DNA from: an uncultured Collinsella sp.
Lineage (GTDB): Bacteria > Actinomycetota > Coriobacteriia > Coriobacteriales > Coriobacteriaceae
Assembly (NCBI GenBank): GCA_900541185.1
Contig: UQIQ01000001.1
Coordinates: 6,921 to 70,920, forward strand
Length of the DNA stretch: 64,000 nucleotides
Direction of reading: 5' to 3'
A model generated the notes under the pieces. The model was not told the origin of the DNA. It was given only the letters and a program-made list of their open reading frames with translations, and ran no database searches. This document shows positions 18,251 to 28,235 of the stretch, piece by piece. Position numbers and translations under genes: made by a program. Within the stretch, counting starts at the first letter, position 1, and each line of letters opens with the position of its first letter.

Positions 18251-19606
18251 ATGCTTCTGGTCGCTAACGGTTCCGTCTTTACCCGCAACGCTCAGACCCC
18301 GTTCATTCCAAACGGTGCGGTCGCCATTGACGGAGATACGATCGTCGAAGTGGGCCCCGAGCGCGAGCTCAAGGCCAAGTACCCGGATGCCGAGTACGTC
18401 GATGCCCAGGGCAACCTCATCATGCCCGGACTCATCAACTGCCACACCCACATCTACTCGGGTCTGGCCCGCGGCCTTGCCATTAAGGGCTGCAACCCCA
18501 CCAACTTCTTGGAGAATCTCGAGCAGCAGTGGTGGAAGATCGACGACAACCTGACGCTCGACGGCACCAAGGCCAGCGCCTATGCTACGATTTTGGACTC
18601 CATCCGTGATGGCGTCACCACGATCTTCGATCACCATGCGAGCTTCTGCGAGATTCCGGGAAGCCTCTTTACCATTAAGGATGCAGCTCAGGAGCTGGGC
18701 ATGCGTTCGTGCCTGTGCTACGAGGTCTCCGATCGCCGCGGCCAGGAAAAGTGCGACCAGGCCATTGCCGAGAACGCCGAATTTGCCCAGTGGGCCGCCA
18801 AGGAGCGTCGCGATAACGACAACCACATGATCGCCGCCATGTTTGGCGGACATGCTACCTTTACGCTTTCGGACGAGACCATGGATAAGATGGCCGAGGC
18901 CAACAACGGCCTGACCGGCTTCCACATCCATGTGTGCGAGGGCATGAACGACGTGTGGGACTCCCGCCTCAACCGCGGTGGCATCAGCCCCGTCGAGCGC
19001 CTGCTGCAGCACAACCTGCTGGGTCCCGACACCATGCTGGGCCACTGCATCCACGTGACGCCTGCCGAGATGGATATCGTCAAGGAGTCCGGCACTTGGC
19101 TCGTCAACAACCCCGAATCCAATATGGGCAACGCCGTGGGCTGCGCCCCCGTGCTCGAGTTCTTCCGCCGCGGCATCCCCGTGTGCATGGGCACCGACGC
19201 CTACACCCACGATATGCTCGAGAGCCTTAAGGTCTTCCTGATTATTCAGCGCCACAACGCCGCCATGCCCAACGTGGGCTGGTGCGAGGCCATGACGATG
19301 CTGTTCGAGAACAACGCCAAGATGGCGAGCAAGTACTTCGATCGCAAGCTCGGTGTGCTCGAGGCCGGCGCTGCCGCCGACGTTATCGTTATGGACTACA
19401 AGCCCTTTACGCCGCTGAGCGAGGAGAATATCGACGGCCACATGCTCTTTGGCATGATGGGCAAAAACTGCCGCACCACCATCATCAACGGCCGCGTCCT
19501 GTACAAGGATCGCGAGTTCGTTGGCATTGATGAGGACAAGATCAACGCGTGGACCATGGCCGAGTCCAAGAAGCTCTGGAGCACGCTCAACGATCGCACC
19601 TACTAA
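18251..19606 (+). CDS. ssnA: SsnA-like amidohydrolase (chlorohydrolase/aminohydrolase family)
   Basis: PGLINCHTHIYS metal-binding HxH motif. Context next to ygfK/xdhD homologues. GAAGGGAG RBS before the ATG at 18251. Confidence 0.75.
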   Translation: MLLVANGSVFTRNAQTPFIPNGAVAIDGDTIVEVGPERELKAKYPDAEYVDAQGNLIMPGLINCHTHIYSGLARGLAIKGCNPTNFLENLEQQWWKIDDNLTLDGTKASAYATILDSIRDGVTTIFDHHASFCEIPGSLFTIKDAAQELGMRSCLCYEVSDRRGQEKCDQAIAENAEFAQWAAKERRDNDNHMIAAMFGGHATFTLSDETMDKMAEANNGLTGFHIHVCEGMNDVWDSRLNRGGISPVERLLQHNLLGPDTMLGHCIHVTPAEMDIVKESGTWLVNNPESNMGNAVGCAPVLEFFRRGIPVCMGTDAYTHDMLESLKVFLIIQRHNAAMPNVGWCEAMTMLFENNAKMASKYFDRKLGVLEAGAAADVIVMDYKPFTPLSEENIDGHMLFGMMGKNCRTTIINGRVLYKDREFVGIDEDKINAWTMAESKKLWSTLNDRTY

Positions 19607-19755
19607 TTCACAAGTAGATTCGCGCGCGTCGGATGTTTCGCCACATCCGGCGCGCGCATAGGCGGCCTCCGCGGGGTCGCCGGCGCTGTGCTAGCGCTAC
19701 ACCGTATTTGCGCCCGCCGCGCGGTCTCGCCGGGCGTTACAGAGAGGAACTCATT

Positions 19756-22755
19756 ATGAGCGACATCATGAGGCCGATCCCGTTTTCGCAGCTGATGAAC
19801 TGGATCATCGAGGAGCACAAGACTCAGGGCGCCGTCTTTGGCGTGCGCAAGATGGTCACGACCAACCAGGAGGGCGCGCTTCCCATTTTTGACGAGCGCA
19901 TCGAGACTCCGTTTGGCCCGGCCGCCGGTCCCAATACGCAGTTGGCCCAGAACATCGTGGCATCCTACGTGGCCGGTTCCCGCTTCTTTGAGCTCAAGAC
20001 CGTTCAGGTTATGGACGGCGAGGAGCTCTCCAAGTGTGTCAACAAGCCCTGCATTGTGGCGCAGGACGAGTGCTACAACTGCGAGTGGTCGACCGAGCTC
20101 GAGGTTCCGCAGGCTTTTGCCGAGTACGTGAAGGCATGGTTTGCCTGCCACCTGATCGCTCGCGAGTACGGCCTGGGCAGCCCGGACGGCTTTGTCTTCA
20201 ACATGTCCGTGGGTTATGACCTGGAGGGCATCAAGAGCCCCAAGGTCGACGCCTACATCGAGGGCATGAAGGACGCCAGCGGCTCCGACGTCTGGAACGA
20301 GTGCCGCGCATGGGCGCTCGCCAACCTGGACAAGTTTGAGCATGTCGACGCCGCGTTTGTCGAGTCCATCCCGGCACGCGTCTCCAACTCCATCACCGAG
20401 TCTACCCTGCACGGCTGCCCGCCCGCCGAGATCGAGCGCATCGCGACCTACCTCATCACCGAGAAGGGCCTCAACACCTACATCAAGTGCAACCCCACGC
20501 TGCTGGGCTATGAGTTTGCACGTCAGCGCCTCAACGAGCTGGGCTTTGACTACATCGTCTTCGACGATACGCACTTCCGCGAGGACCTGCAGTGGGCCGA
20601 CGCCGTGCCCATGTTCGAGCGCCTGATTGCCCTGTGCGCCGAGCGCGGCCTGGAGTTTGGCGTCAAGCTCACCAACACCTTCCCCGTCGACGTGACGAGG
20701 AACGAGCTGCCTTCCACCGAGATGTACATGTCCGGCCGTTCGCTGTTCTCGCTGACCATCGAGGCTGCCCGTCGCATTACCGAGCAGTTCGATGGCAAGC
20801 TGCGCATCAGCTACTCCGGCGGTGCTACGGTCTACAACATCCGCGCCCTGTACGATGCCGGCATTTGGCCCGTCACCCTGGCGACCGACGTGCTCAAGCC
20901 CGGTGGCTACGAGCGCTTTAGCCAGATGGCCGGCGAGTTTACCGACCTGGATGGCAAGCCGTTCGCGGGTGTCTCTCTCGAGGCTGTGACTGCGATCCAG
21001 ACCGACTCACTCACCAACCCGCTCTACAAGAAGCCGCTGCGTCCGCTGCCCGACCGCAAGGTCGCCGGCAAGAGCCCTCTTTCCGATTGCTTTACCACGC
21101 CGTGCCGCACGAGCTGCCCCATCCAGCAGGATATTCCCGCCTACCTGGCGGCCGTTGACGAGGGCCGCTACGAGGACGCACTCAACATCATCATCGAGCG
21201 CAACGCCCTGCCGTTCATTACCGGCACCATCTGCCCGCATCCCTGCGGCCGTGCCTGTGAGCGTGCGTTCTACGAGCCCGAGGGCGCCCAGATTCGCGCC
21301 AGCAAGCTCAAGGCCGCCCGCGAGGCCATGACCGCCGTGCTGCCCAAGCTGCGCGCCCAGGCCATCGCCAACGACGGCGAGCGCAACGTTGCCGTTATCG
21401 GCGGCGGCCCGGCCGGCCTGGCGACGGCGTTCTTCCTGACGCGTGCCGGCGTGCCCGTCACCATCTTTGAGGCCCGCGATTCGCTCGGCGGCGTGGTCCG
21501 TCACGTGATTCCCGAGTTCCGTATCGCGAGCGACGATATCTCCCACGATGCCGAGCTCTGCCTAGCCTTTGGCGCCAAGGTGCAGCTCAACGCTCGCGTT
21601 GATTCCATTGACGAGCTCAAGGACCAGGGCTTTACCGACGTGGTCGTGGCCACCGGTGCCTGGATGCCCGGCTCTGCGGGCCTGGGCGAGGGCGCCGAGC
21701 TCGACGTGCTGGAGTTCCTCGAGGCCGCCAAGAAGGGCGAGAAGCTCGAGCTGGGCGAGGACGTCGTGGTCATTGGCGCCGGCAACACCGCCATGGACGC
21801 GGCCCGCGTGGCCAAGCGCCTGGCCGGCGTGAAGAACGTGCGCCTGGTCTACCGCCGCACCAAGAAGCAGATGCCCGCCGATGAGGAAGAGCTCGATCTT
21901 GCTCTTGCCGACGGCGTTGAGTTCTGCGAGCTGCTGGCACCTAAGGCGCTTAACGGCGCCGTGCTGACCTGCGACGTTATGGAGCTTGGCGAGCCGGATG
22001 CAAGCGGCCGCCGCAGCCCCGTCGCCACGGGCGAGACTGTTGAGCTTCCCGCCACCACGGTGATCTGCGCCGTGGGCGAGGGCATCGACGCCAGCCTGTA
22101 CGATGCCGCGGGCGTCGAGCACGACCGTCGCGGCCGCCTTGCCGCTACCTCCACCGGCGTCGAGGGCGTCTGGGCTGCGGGCGACTGCCGCCGCGGTCCT
22201 GCCACCGTGGTCGAGGCTATCGCCGATGCCGCCGAGGTCGCCCGTGCCATCGCCGACGTGGACTTTAACAAGTACGCCGACTGCAACGAGCAGGCCGGCC
22301 GCGAGGACACTTGCTACGAGCGCAAGGGGTCGCTGTGCCGCGACAAGCGCAACTGCACCAAGACCCGCTGCCTGGGCTGCGGCTCGGTGTGCGAGGTCTG
22401 CTGCGACGTGTGCCCCAACCGCGCCAACGTGGCAATTAAGGTGCCGGGCCTGGCCAAGCATCAGGTCGTCCATGTCGACGGCATGTGCAATGAGTGCGGC
22501 AACTGCGCCGTGTTCTGCCCTTACCAGGAGGGTCGTCCCTACAAGGACAAGCTCACCCTGTTCTGGAGCGAGGAGGACATGGAGAACTCCGAGAACGAGG
22601 GCTTCCTGGCCGTGGACGAGGACCACTTTAAGGTTCGCGTCGCCGGCACGGTCCGCACCGTCTCGGTCGATGCCGTCAACACCGGTCTTCCCGAGGCCGT
22701 CCGCCTGACCATCAGGGCTGTGCGCGACAACTATTCGTACCTTCTTAAGAAATAG
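19756..22755 (+). CDS. ygfK: YgfK-like Fe-S/FAD-NAD(P) oxidoreductase (annotated in databases as putative selenate reductase subunit)
   Basis: About 1000 aa. Central GltD-like region (VAVIGGGPAGLATAFFL; VVVIGAGNTAMDAARV). C-terminal Cys clusters (CLGCGSVCEVCCDVCPNRA, CNECGNCAVFCP). AGAGAGGA RBS. Confidence 0.8.
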   Translation: MSDIMRPIPFSQLMNWIIEEHKTQGAVFGVRKMVTTNQEGALPIFDERIETPFGPAAGPNTQLAQNIVASYVAGSRFFELKTVQVMDGEELSKCVNKPCIVAQDECYNCEWSTELEVPQAFAEYVKAWFACHLIAREYGLGSPDGFVFNMSVGYDLEGIKSPKVDAYIEGMKDASGSDVWNECRAWALANLDKFEHVDAAFVESIPARVSNSITESTLHGCPPAEIERIATYLITEKGLNTYIKCNPTLLGYEFARQRLNELGFDYIVFDDTHFREDLQWADAVPMFERLIALCAERGLEFGVKLTNTFPVDVTRNELPSTEMYMSGRSLFSLTIEAARRITEQFDGKLRISYSGGATVYNIRALYDAGIWPVTLATDVLKPGGYERFSQMAGEFTDLDGKPFAGVSLEAVTAIQTDSLTNPLYKKPLRPLPDRKVAGKSPLSDCFTTPCRTSCPIQQDIPAYLAAVDEGRYEDALNIIIERNALPFITGTICPHPCGRACERAFYEPEGAQIRASKLKAAREAMTAVLPKLRAQAIANDGERNVAVIGGGPAGLATAFFLTRAGVPVTIFEARDSLGGVVRHVIPEFRIASDDISHDAELCLAFGAKVQLNARVDSIDELKDQGFTDVVVATGAWMPGSAGLGEGAELDVLEFLEAAKKGEKLELGEDVVVIGAGNTAMDAARVAKRLAGVKNVRLVYRRTKKQMPADEEELDLALADGVEFCELLAPKALNGAVLTCDVMELGEPDASGRRSPVATGETVELPATTVICAVGEGIDASLYDAAGVEHDRRGRLAATSTGVEGVWAAGDCRRGPATVVEAIADAAEVARAIADVDFNKYADCNEQAGREDTCYERKGSLCRDKRNCTKTRCLGCGSVCEVCCDVCPNRANVAIKVPGLAKHQVVHVDGMCNECGNCAVFCPYQEGRPYKDKLTLFWSEEDMENSENEGFLAVDEDHFKVRVAGTVRTVSVDAVNTGLPEAVRLTIRAVRDNYSYLLKK

Positions 22756-22766
22756 GCGAGTCTCTT

Positions 22767-23246
22767 ATGGCCAAATCCATTCAACATAACGTGGCCTACG
22801 TTGCCTGCGGAAGCGGTTGCGCCTCCGCAGGCGGCGACGCCCACTGCAGCGAAGGCTGCATTGGCTGTGGCGCCTGCGTCACGGCCTGCCCCCACGGCGC
22901 CATTGCGCTGGTCGATGGCATCGCCCGCGTGGACCGCTCCAAGTGCACGGGCTGTGGCCTGTGCGGCATGGCGTGCCCGCAGCGCGTGATTGCCTTCGTC
23001 CCCGGCTACCAGAACATTCTGGTGCGCTGCAACAACACCGATAAGGGCGCCATTGCGCGCAAGGTCTGCGACACGAGCTGCATCGGTTGCGGTATGTGCG
23101 CCAAAAAGTGCCCTGTCGGCGCTATCCGCATCGAGGACAACTGCGCCCATATCGACGGCGTGGACTGCCTGTCGTGCGGCATGTGCGCCGTCGTCTGCCC
23201 GCATGGCGCCATCCACGACCGCACCGGCATCGCCGCCGGCGTGTAG
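22767..23246 (+). CDS. Poly-ferredoxin (four CxxCxxCxxxCP 4Fe-4S motifs)
   Basis: CIGCGACVTACP, CTGCGLCGMACP, CIGCGMCAKKCP and CLSCGMCAVVCP. Confidence 0.9.
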   Translation: MAKSIQHNVAYVACGSGCASAGGDAHCSEGCIGCGACVTACPHGAIALVDGIARVDRSKCTGCGLCGMACPQRVIAFVPGYQNILVRCNNTDKGAIARKVCDTSCIGCGMCAKKCPVGAIRIEDNCAHIDGVDCLSCGMCAVVCPHGAIHDRTGIAAGV

Positions 23247-23258
23247 AAGGGAATCACC

Positions 23259-26036
23259 ATGGCACAGGAATTCACTTTTACCGTTAACGGCGTCGAGTGC
23301 ACGACGACTCAGAACAAGCCACTGCTGCGCTATCTGCGCGACGACCTGCACATTCACTCCGCCAAGGACGGCTGCTCCGAGGGCGCCTGCGGCACCTGCA
23401 CCATTCATGTGGACGGTGCGGCCGTCAAGGCGTGCGTGCTGACCACCGCTCTTGCCGCCGGCCGCAACATCGTGACCGTTGAGGGCCTGCCCGAGGACGT
23501 GCGCGAGGCCTTTGTGTACGCCTTTGGCGCCGTGGGCGCCGTGCAGTGCGGTTTTTGCATTCCCGGCATGGTCATGGCGGGTGCGGCGCTCATCGCCGAG
23601 GACCCCGAGCCCACCGAGGAGCAGATCAAGTACGCCATTCGCGGTAACGTCTGTCGCTGCACCGGCTACAAAAAGATTATCGAGGGCATCTCGCTGGCCG
23701 CTGCGGTGCTCCGCGGCGAAAAGCAGATCGACGAGGACCTGGAGCGTGGCGACGACTACGGCGTGGGCAAGCGCGCCTTCCGTATCGACGTGCGCAAGAA
23801 GGTGCTCGGCGAGGGCAAGTATCCCGACGACATCGACGAGCTCGATCAGCCGGGCCTGACCTATGCCAGCGCCGTGCGCTCCAAGTATCCGCGCGCCCGC
23901 GTGCTCTCCATCGACACCTCCAAGGCCGAGGCCCTGCCCGGTGTGGTGGGCATCCTGCGCGCCGAGGACGTGCCGGTCAACCAGGTCGGCCACCTTATCC
24001 AGGACTGGGACGTCATGATCGCCCAGGGCGATATCACCCGCTGCGTGGGTGACGCCATCGTGCTGGTGGTTGCCGAGGACGAGGCGACGCTCGAGAAGGC
24101 CAAGAAGCTCGTAAAGATCGATTACGAGCCGCTGGAGCCCGTGCGCAACATTGTCGAGGCCAGGGCCGCCGACGCCCCGCGCCTGCACGACAGCTTCTTT
24201 GCCTTTGGCAACACGGTGGAGCTCAAGGACAACGTGTGCCAGAGCCGTCATGTGACGCGCGGTGACGCCGCCAAGGCGCTGGCCGAGAGTGCGTTTACCG
24301 TGACGCAGCGCTTTACTACGCCCTTTACCGAGCATGCCTTCTTGGAGCCCGAGTGCGCCGTGGCCTTCCCGTACAAGAACGGCGTCAAGGTGCAGTCGAC
24401 CGACCAGGGTGCTTACGACACGCGCAAAGAGTGCGCCCACATGTTTGGCTGGGACAACGAGCCCGAGCGCGTGGTCGTCGAGACCATGCTCGTGGGCGGC
24501 GGCTTTGGCGGTAAGGAGGACGTTTCGATCCAGCACCTGGCCGCGCTTGCTGCCTATAAGCTCCAGCGTCCTGTGAAGTGCAAGCTCACGCGTGCCGAGT
24601 CGCTTGCTTTTCATCCCAAGCGTCATGCCATGGACGGCACCTTTACACTGGGCTGCGACGCCGAAGGCAACTTTACCGGCCTGGATTGCGAGATCAACTT
24701 TGATACCGGCGCCTACGCGTCGCTGTGTGGCCCGGTGCTCGAGCGCGCCTGCACGCATGCCGTCGGCCCCTACAAGTACCAGAACACCGACATTCGCGGC
24801 TTTGGCTACTACACCAACAACCCGCCCGCCGGCGCGTACCGCGGCTTTGGCGTTTGCCAGTCCGAGTTTGCGCTCGAGAGCCTGATCGACTTGCTGGCAG
24901 AGAAGGTCGGCCTGGATCCGTGGGAGATTCGTTACAGAAACGCCATCGAGCCGGGCGAGGTTTTGCCCAACGGCCAGATTGCCGACTGCTCCACGGCGCT
25001 TAAGGAGACACTGCTCGAGGTCAAGGATGTCTACTATGCGCATCCCGGACACGCCGGCATCGCCTGCGCCATGAAGAATGCCGGCGTGGGCGTGGGTCTG
25101 CCCGATGCTGGCCGCTGCAAGATTCGCATCGAGAACGGCGTGGCTACGGTCTATGCCGCCACGTCCGACATCGGCCAGGGCTGCAACACCGTCTTTTTGC
25201 AGGACGTTGCCGAGGCCTGCGGTCTGCCGCTTCGTTGCATCGCCAACGGCGAGTGCTCCACCGAGAACGCTCCCGACTCCGGCACCACGTCTGGCTCGCG
25301 TCAGACGGTCGTGACCGGCGAGGCCGTGCGCGGTGCCGCCTTCCTGCTGCGCGATGCCATGCTTGACATCGAGGCCGGCAAGTCTGCGCCCGCCGCTCCC
25401 GTGAATGCGCATGGCGACGGCGTCAAGATCGAGTACGACGACGGTCGCGCCTATCAGCTGCACACGCAGGAGCTCGTCGCCGGCCAGGGTATGCATCCTC
25501 AGGATCCTGCGGCCGCCATCAAGGCGCTCGAGGGATGCGAGTTTGGCTACGTGTACCTGGAGCCGACCGACAAACTGGGCGCCGACGTTCCCAACCCCAA
25601 GAGCCACATCTGCTACGGTTTTGCCACGCATGTGGTCATTCTGGATGATGACGGTCGCGTGAGCGAGATCTATGCTGCGCACGATTCCGGCAAGGTGGTC
25701 AACCCCATCTCCATCCAGGGTCAGATCGAAGGCGGCGTGCTCATGGGTATGGGCTATGCGCTTACCGAGGACTGGCCGCTCAAGGACTGCGTGCCCCAGG
25801 CAAGGTACGGCACGCTCGGGCTGTTCCGTGCGCCCGAGATTCCGGATATCCACGCCATCTACGTGGAGAAGGACGAGCTGCTGCCTGTGGCATATGGCGG
25901 CAAGGGCATCGGCGAGATCGCAACGATCCCCACGGCGCCCGCCGTACAGAACGCCTATCGCGCATTTGACGGCAAACTGCGTCCAGATCTGCCCATGGTG
26001 GATACCCCGTACAGCCGCGCCCGTCACCGCGGGTAG
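23259..26036 (+). CDS. xdhD: XdhD-like molybdopterin hydroxylase with fused N-terminal [2Fe-2S] domains
   Basis: N-terminal CSEGACGTCT and CGFCIPG...CRCTGY 2Fe-2S motifs, followed by an aldehyde oxidase/xanthine dehydrogenase Mo-binding body (GGGFGGKE). 925 aa. Confidence 0.85.
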   Translation: MAQEFTFTVNGVECTTTQNKPLLRYLRDDLHIHSAKDGCSEGACGTCTIHVDGAAVKACVLTTALAAGRNIVTVEGLPEDVREAFVYAFGAVGAVQCGFCIPGMVMAGAALIAEDPEPTEEQIKYAIRGNVCRCTGYKKIIEGISLAAAVLRGEKQIDEDLERGDDYGVGKRAFRIDVRKKVLGEGKYPDDIDELDQPGLTYASAVRSKYPRARVLSIDTSKAEALPGVVGILRAEDVPVNQVGHLIQDWDVMIAQGDITRCVGDAIVLVVAEDEATLEKAKKLVKIDYEPLEPVRNIVEARAADAPRLHDSFFAFGNTVELKDNVCQSRHVTRGDAAKALAESAFTVTQRFTTPFTEHAFLEPECAVAFPYKNGVKVQSTDQGAYDTRKECAHMFGWDNEPERVVVETMLVGGGFGGKEDVSIQHLAALAAYKLQRPVKCKLTRAESLAFHPKRHAMDGTFTLGCDAEGNFTGLDCEINFDTGAYASLCGPVLERACTHAVGPYKYQNTDIRGFGYYTNNPPAGAYRGFGVCQSEFALESLIDLLAEKVGLDPWEIRYRNAIEPGEVLPNGQIADCSTALKETLLEVKDVYYAHPGHAGIACAMKNAGVGVGLPDAGRCKIRIENGVATVYAATSDIGQGCNTVFLQDVAEACGLPLRCIANGECSTENAPDSGTTSGSRQTVVTGEAVRGAAFLLRDAMLDIEAGKSAPAAPVNAHGDGVKIEYDDGRAYQLHTQELVAGQGMHPQDPAAAIKALEGCEFGYVYLEPTDKLGADVPNPKSHICYGFATHVVILDDDGRVSEIYAAHDSGKVVNPISIQGQIEGGVLMGMGYALTEDWPLKDCVPQARYGTLGLFRAPEIPDIHAIYVEKDELLPVAYGGKGIGEIATIPTAPAVQNAYRAFDGKLRPDLPMVDTPYSRARHRG

Positions 26037-26105
26037 GGTAGAGCGCGGACGGTCATTGCTTACGGGCTGTTCGCGCTCAGCATCAACTGCATATGCTGCA
26101 CCTTT

Positions 26106-26140
26106 GGCCCCAGCTCCATCGCGAGCCGGGGCCTTTTGTT
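26106..26140 (+). terminator. Intrinsic terminator after the xdhD-like gene
   Basis: GGCCCC(A)GCTC-loop-GAGC(C)GGGGCC followed by TTTTGTT. Confidence 0.7.
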
Positions 26141-26157
26141 TGGAGCGCCTCCGCATG

Positions 26158-26500
26158 CGGAAGCTGCGTCCCAGATTTCGGCTCCAGAATGGGACGTACT
26201 TTCCGGACGGGGCTTCAAACGGAAACTGTATCCCGGATTCGACGCTCAGAATGGGATGCGTTTTCCGGTAGAGGCCTCAAATGGAAAGTGTGTCCCGGAA
26301 TATGGCTCCAGCCTGGGATGCATTTTCCGGTTGAAGCCTCAAGCGGAAACTGCGTCCCGGAATTCGGTCTCGGAACGGGTCGTGCTTTCCGGATCGCCCC
26401 TCAACCGGAAGCTGTGTCCCGGAATCATGCCTCAGAATGGAACGCGCTTTCCGTTGGCGTGGCCGTTGGGAAAACACGGCCCAGATAGGGGATGCGATCC
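26158..26500 (+). repeat. 62-bp palindromic-unit minisatellite, array 1 (about 5.5 units)
   Basis: CGGAAnCTG half-sites start at 26158, 26220, 26282, 26344, 26406 and 26468 (exact 62-bp spacing). Each is followed about 30 bp later by the inverted half-site GGGAYGCGYTTTCCGG. Confidence 0.9.
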
Positions 26501-26523
26501 GGCGATGCGCGGCCTAGCAGCTC

Positions 26524-27522
26524 CTACAGGTCCACCTCGTTGAGCCATGTCGGTAGAGCGGTCTGCCGGATGCCTGCCGTCTGTAGCTTTTTGGCGAGCA
26601 CTCCTGCCGAGCGGACCTCGCTGATGGTAAAGCGCAGCAGAGGGTGACCGTAGAGCGATAGGTGCGCCTCGCGCTGTCGTTCGGCAACGAGCGCCTCGGC
26701 GGTGGTGCGTCCGGCCAGCATGGTCTGGTCGGTATATTTGATGAGCCCGTCGAGCTCGCCCAGCGTGAGTTCCCGCGCCTGGCGCTCCCAGGCAAAGTCC
26801 GTTCGTATGGGCTTGGCCGAATTGAAGGGGTCCGTCAGCTCGTATTGAAGCCAATCGGGCGCAAAGCCCGTCTCGATCATGACGGCTCGGGCGACCGATT
26901 CCCCGCCGCTCTCGGCGCGGGCGTCGGCATATCGAAGCGTTGTGAGAGCCGTACGAATCGCGCGACCATTGCGGGCAGTTGCTCGTTGCTCGACGGCCTC
27001 CATCAGCTGTTCCCGCACAAGGACGAGCTTTGAGATCGCCGAATCGGCAATGGGCATACCGTCGGCAAAACCGGTCTGCAACAGGCAATCTGTAACCGTT
27101 TGGATGGGCGGCGTTACCGATATGCTGGCTCTGCGTTTTGCTCCGGCCGGCTCAATCTGGTGCCGCTGAATATGTGCGCCCGGACGAGCCGACGGCTTGG
27201 TGGTACTGCAGACATGCACGACATTCAGGTGTCGCCACGAGACCTCGAGCCCCAGCAGACAGGCGGCCGAAAACGAGCAGAACGTCCAATCGGGGTGGAT
27301 GATCGCAAGGGCGCGGAGGATTTCGCAATGGCGTTGCGCTCGGTTGAGTTCATCCCAGCGCGTTTTTCGCGCAAACAACCCCGGCATGGGCGAGACAACC
27401 GTGCCGCCGGTGCGCCGAAGGAGCGCTTTTCGGATCGCCGTGCTCGGGGGAATCAGGCAGCGCCCCTCTTGTTCGGCTTGAGTGAGCAGTTGGTCGATGA
27501 GCTGGTCATTGCAATGGGTCAT
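26524..27522 (-). CDS. Hypothetical protein with AbiEi-antitoxin-like N-terminus and PD-(D/E)xK/DUF559-like C-terminus
   Basis: Strong GGAGG RBS. N-terminal pattern (LLRRTGGTVVSPMPGLFA...FCSFSAACLLGL) and C-terminal D..W-x10-GELDGLIKY-x-ERQRE resemble a widespread actinobacterial family. Assignment is from memory. Confidence 0.5.
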   Translation of the reverse strand: MTHCNDQLIDQLLTQAEQEGRCLIPPSTAIRKALLRRTGGTVVSPMPGLFARKTRWDELNRAQRHCEILRALAIIHPDWTFCSFSAACLLGLEVSWRHLNVVHVCSTTKPSARPGAHIQRHQIEPAGAKRRASISVTPPIQTVTDCLLQTGFADGMPIADSAISKLVLVREQLMEAVEQRATARNGRAIRTALTTLRYADARAESGGESVARAVMIETGFAPDWLQYELTDPFNSAKPIRTDFAWERQARELTLGELDGLIKYTDQTMLAGRTTAEALVAERQREAHLSLYGHPLLRFTISEVRSAGVLAKKLQTAGIRQTALPTWLNEVDL

Positions 27523-27577
27523 GAGCTACCGCCTCCTTTTGGGTAGCAAAAACGTATCAGCTGGAACTTGCCGCTCA

Positions 27578-27599
27578 GCTGACCAAAAGCTGACCAAAA
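27578..27599. repeat. Tandem 11-mer GCTGACCAAAA x2 in a divergent promoter region
   Basis: Exact direct duplication 56-77 bp upstream of the minus-strand gene start at 27522. Confidence 0.8.
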
Positions 27600-27817
27600 T
27601 CTAACCATGCAGGTAGATGACCTGCTTTTGGCGACATATTTCTTGTTTGAATCGGTGGGCGGTAATCGGCGACCGTGAACGGTAACTGGATATGAAGTCT
27701 TGGTAAGTTTCGGGACGTGTACTTTTTGAAAAAGAGCATTCTATCTGCTGTTTTGTGTTTCTGGATCGCATATTTGAAGGCATGTGATAAGGGCGGCGGA
27801 CTGTCGCCTTGTATCTG

Positions 27818-28112
27818 CGGAAACTGTGACCCGGAATTGCCACTCGGAATGGGACGCGCTTTCCGGACAGCCCTTCAAGCGGAAACTACACCCCAGATTT
27901 CGGCCTCAGAGTGGGATGCCGTTTCCAGATCGGGCCTCAAACGGAAATTGCATCCCGGAACGAGCCTTCAGAGCGGGATGAACTTTCCCAACGGGCCGCA
28001 TGCGGAAACTGTGTCCCGGAATTGCCACTCAGAACGGGACACGCTTTCCGGATGGGATGCTTGGCGGAAACTACGGCCCAGTTTTGGCTCCAGAACGGGA
28101 TGCATTTTCCGG
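27818..28112 (+). repeat. 62-bp palindromic-unit minisatellite, array 2 (about 5 units)
   Basis: CGGAAAYTG half-sites at 27818, 27880, 27942, 28003 and 28065. Same orientation and unit as array 1. Confidence 0.9.
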
Positions 28113-28167
28113 AACGGTCCACGTGCGGTGGTGTACCGCCCCTTTCGTGTGCGCCGCTTGTCGAATT

Positions 28168-28219
28168 ACGTTATAGCTAGCTATATTATAGGAAGGTATA
28201 ATATAGCTAGCTATAACGT
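28168..28219. promoter_or_regulatory. Perfect 23-bp-arm AT-rich palindrome just upstream of the ATPase gene (candidate operator or 5' hairpin)
   Basis: ACGTTATAGCTAGCTATATTATA-GGAAGG-TATAATATAGCTAGCTATAACGT. The right arm contains TATAAT. It ends 16 nt before the ATG at 28236. Confidence 0.6.
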
Positions 28220-28235
28220 AAAGGAAGGATGGTCT

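Noticed and set aside
12604-26156. Very long antisense ORFs (12604-14580 +, 16622-19441 -, 19603-20574 -, 21562-22626 -, 22731-26156 -) and the 34819-36327 (-) 502-aa ORF as real genes.
   Set aside because: They are mirror-frame artefacts of high-GC coding regions. Their translations are Ala/Gly/Arg/His/Val-rich and low in complexity, with no motifs. They fully overlap well-supported genes on the opposite strand or in another frame.
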